From an archaeon (lineage in GTDB: Archaea > AGJL01 > Methanococci > Methanococcales > Methanocaldococcaceae): DNA of 44,690 nt. Below the pieces are notes generated by a model, which ran no database searches, was not told the DNA's origin, and saw only the letters and a list, made by a program, of their open reading frames with translations. Location: positions 1 to 44,690 of the forward strand of contig JAJRSC010000026.1 of the NCBI GenBank assembly GCA_024278985.1, written 5' to 3'. The position numbers and the translations under genes are program-made. Position 1 is the stretch's first letter. Every line of letters starts with the position of its first letter. Shown in pieces: positions 42,399-44,690 of the stretch.

Positions 42399-42879
42399 CT
42401 ATATAATAATATAATAATAAATTTACTAATGGAGCTATAAATTTATGGAATATAATAGCTCCAACAGCTAATCCAAGTAAATAAGCAATTGCTGTTTTAT
42501 TTCCTTCAGCAGCCATAACATAGTTTCTTAATGGACAACCACCCTGAATAACTGAGAAGAATCCTACACCAAAACCCCCTATAATAGCTAATATTAAATG
42601 CCCTATTAAAGTACCACTTGCACCTAAAGGGTCTCCTGGAATTGGAGCTAATCCCTTATCAGCTATCCATGGAAACGCTGAAATTAATCCAACAGCACTA
42701 AAAATAATAAATTCAATTAATGCTCCAGCAAAGAACCCAAATAATCCTTTAATTAACCATGTATCTCTTATTAAGTAAAAGTCCCTCATTCCTCCAATAA
42801 AACACATTCTTGCCCTTTGGAACAAATAACCTAAAATTATACCAAATATAAATGTTCCTATTACATGGAGATATTCCAT
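42361..42879 (-). CDS. YeeE/YedE (sulfur/selenium transport) family half-protein
   Basis: QRARMCFIGG.RD and GGCP motifs, hydrophobic, GGTGG SD. Confidence 0.85.
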   Translation of the reverse strand: MEYLHVIGTFIFGIILGYLFQRARMCFIGGMRDFYLIRDTWLIKGLFGFFAGALIEFIIFSAVGLISAFPWIADKGLAPIPGDPLGASGTLIGHLILAIIGGFGVGFFSVIQGGCPLRNYVMAAEGNKTAIAYLLGLAVGAIIFHKFIAPLVNLLLYYYIVIFLVKIKLSVL

Positions 42880-42899
42880 AAAACCACCTTAAAACATTT

Positions 42900-43357
42900 T
42901 TAGAGATTTCTTTTTAAATAAACCTCACTTGCTACAACTACTCCAATAAACATAGCTATTAAACTAATTAATGCAATAATATCTCCATAAGCTGTTCTTA
43001 AAGTCTCTCTAACTGGACACCCTCCCATTATTAAAGCAAAGTTAATAACCAAAATTCCTAAAATAAAACCAATTACTGGATTATGAGTTTGTTTTAATTT
43101 AAACTCTTTATGTGCAAATGCCCCTATTAAAGCTCCAATAAATATTCCTACAACAGTTAAAACAGGAAAAACCTTAGAAACAGGAGCTAATCCCAATGAT
43201 GTCCCAAATAAATGATTAACAATCCAATTTACTAAATCTCTTGTGTGGCATGCTATACAAATACCATATGCTGGTGGGGGAAACACTTTAAACAATGCTG
43301 CAACATTGCTGCAATAAAACCTCCTATCAATCCAGCAGTTAATGGGGATACTCTCAT
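42900..43357 (-). pseudogene. YeeE/YedE family half-protein with a 1-nt deletion near 43297
   Basis: GGTGA SD + ATG at 43357 gives MRVSPLTAGLIGGFIAAMLQ, then only 2 nt (CA) before the frame LFKVFPPPAYGICIACHTRD...GGCP. Confidence 0.8.
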
Positions 43358-43554
43358 AACTTCACCATTATTAGAATTTTTAATATGAGTATTATAATTT
43401 ATCTTAATTAAATTATATCTTATAAATATTCCTATAAAAAAGTTAATATGTAAATAAGGTAAAAAAATTATTAAATGATTAGGAAATATAGCAAAATATT
43501 TATTGAACTATTATTAAATAATAACAAACACTAAAATATTGTGTGGGGGTGTAG

Positions 43555-44690
43555 ATGATTGATATAAAATCTATAAAATTTAGATTATATGCAGTTATTA
43601 TTTTTATTATCTTAATTTTCACAGGTACAGCTGCTATTAGTTATGAATTATTAAAAGATGTTAATAATAATAGTAAATTAGTTGATATTGCAGGTTATCA
43701 AGGGTCTTTAATTGTTCAAATACTTGCACATAGTTTTATTTATGCATATTATCCTACAGAAGACAATAAAAAAATTTTATTGGAAAAAATTAATACATTT
43801 GAAAATAGATTAAACCTACTGATAAATGGTGGAACTTTAGAGATTGATGGTAAAAAAATATATATCAGCCCAGCACCACCTGAAATTAAAAAGCAGTTGC
43901 TAAAAGTTAAAGAGATGTGGGAAACAGAATTTAAACCTAAAGTTCAGATAATTCTCAATTCACCAACCTCACCTGAAAGTAAAGAGGCATTACTATATTT
44001 GGATAAAAACCATGATAAGCTACTATCTGAAATGAATAAAGTAGTTTTATTATATAGGAACATAATTATCAAAGATAACAACTTATTAAGTACAATATTA
44101 GCAGGAGCGGTAGTATTATCTATAATTCTTGGTATTTTATCATTATTCTTAATAGATAGATTAGTTATTAGACCAATAAAAGAACTTGAGTATATAACAG
44201 ACATGATGGCACAAGGAAATTGTAACGTACAACCAAGAATTAAGTTTTTAGATGATGAAATAGGTAAAGTCTATAATAATCTAAAAAGAATCTGCGAGGA
44301 ATTACACAAAAAAGTTGAACTTGAAACTAAAGAGAAAGAGAAAATTAAAAAGGTATTTGATGATATCATTAAAGTTATGGAGGCAATAGCAAATGGAGAT
44401 TTAAGAGTTAGATGTAAAAGATATGAAGGATTTGAACGTGTTGCAGATATTATTAATAATTCTTTAGATAAGCTCTCTAAGATGATAGTTGATATTAAAA
44501 AAAGTATAGTTACATTAAATAATGGAATTGATACTATAAATAATGAACTTAGTAGAGTAAGAGAAGTATCAGACCAAGTAGCGGATGCAACACAACAAGT
44601 AGCGACAGCGGCAACAGACCAATCTACAAAGTTACAAGATATAAGTCAAGAGTTAGAAGAAGTTACCAACATTGCGAAGGGTGTTTATGA
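43555..44690 (+). CDS. Methyl-accepting chemotaxis protein, 3' partial (TM, NarX/PilJ-like sensor, TM, 2 HAMP, start of signalling domain)
   Basis: Not in the ORF track because it has no stop inside the window. I translated an open frame from ATG 43555: TM1, VDIAGYQGSL, TM2, RPIKEL..MAQGN...DDEIGKV, IANGDL, and QVADATQQVATAATDQSTKL. Confidence 0.9.
   Translation, partial: MIDIKSIKFRLYAVIIFIILIFTGTAAISYELLKDVNNNSKLVDIAGYQGSLIVQILAHSFIYAYYPTEDNKKILLEKINTFENRLNLLINGGTLEIDGKKIYISPAPPEIKKQLLKVKEMWETEFKPKVQIILNSPTSPESKEALLYLDKNHDKLLSEMNKVVLLYRNIIIKDNNLLSTILAGAVVLSIILGILSLFLIDRLVIRPIKELEYITDMMAQGNCNVQPRIKFLDDEIGKVYNNLKRICEELHKKVELETKEKEKIKKVFDDIIKVMEAIANGDLRVRCKRYEGFERVADIINNSLDKLSKMIVDIKKSIVTLNNGIDTINNELSRVREVSDQVADATQQVATAATDQSTKLQDISQELEEVTNIAKGVY

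Noticed and set aside
12606-44204. Short overlapping ORFs in the track (12606, 14395, 18193, 19296, 19711, 21784, 22538, 22941, 28126, 31332, 33910, 36224, 36300, 36833, 37161, 37364, 38071, 39455, 39850, 40903, 43944)
   Set aside because: They lie antisense or out of frame within well-supported genes, have composition typical of shadow frames, and lack motifs.

Overview
Very AT-rich, gene-dense archaeal chromosomal segment. Gene content, GGTGA Shine-Dalgarno motifs and protein similarity point to a hyperthermophilic Methanococcales methanogen, most likely a chemotactic Methanocaldococcus. Most of it is core genome: PolD large subunit with a 163-aa mini-intein, MCM, aIF-1A/RIO1, glmS, pycAB, argJ, lysC, ribC, mfnB, uppS, pyrK, tsaC, cgi121, methanogenesis markers, tRNA-Thr(GGT) and tRNA-Arg(GCG). 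I saw no CRISPR array, IS element or provirus. The most unusual locus is 9294-12786, a FecCD/BtuC-type ABC importer with no adjacent ATPase. Its binding protein has a cleavable signal peptide, no lipid or TM anchor, and an N-terminal duplicated dockerin module, suggesting cohesin-dockerin tethering to a surface scaffold. Several conserved genes carry point lesions: nifB has no usable start, the MJ0100-type sulfurtransferase has an in-frame TAA, a YeeE/YedE gene has a 1-nt deletion, and the binding protein has a 19-bp tandem duplication at its 3' end. These are either real decay or consensus errors. A chemoreceptor gene not listed in the ORF track runs off the right end. All family assignments come from motif recognition and memory, not database searches.
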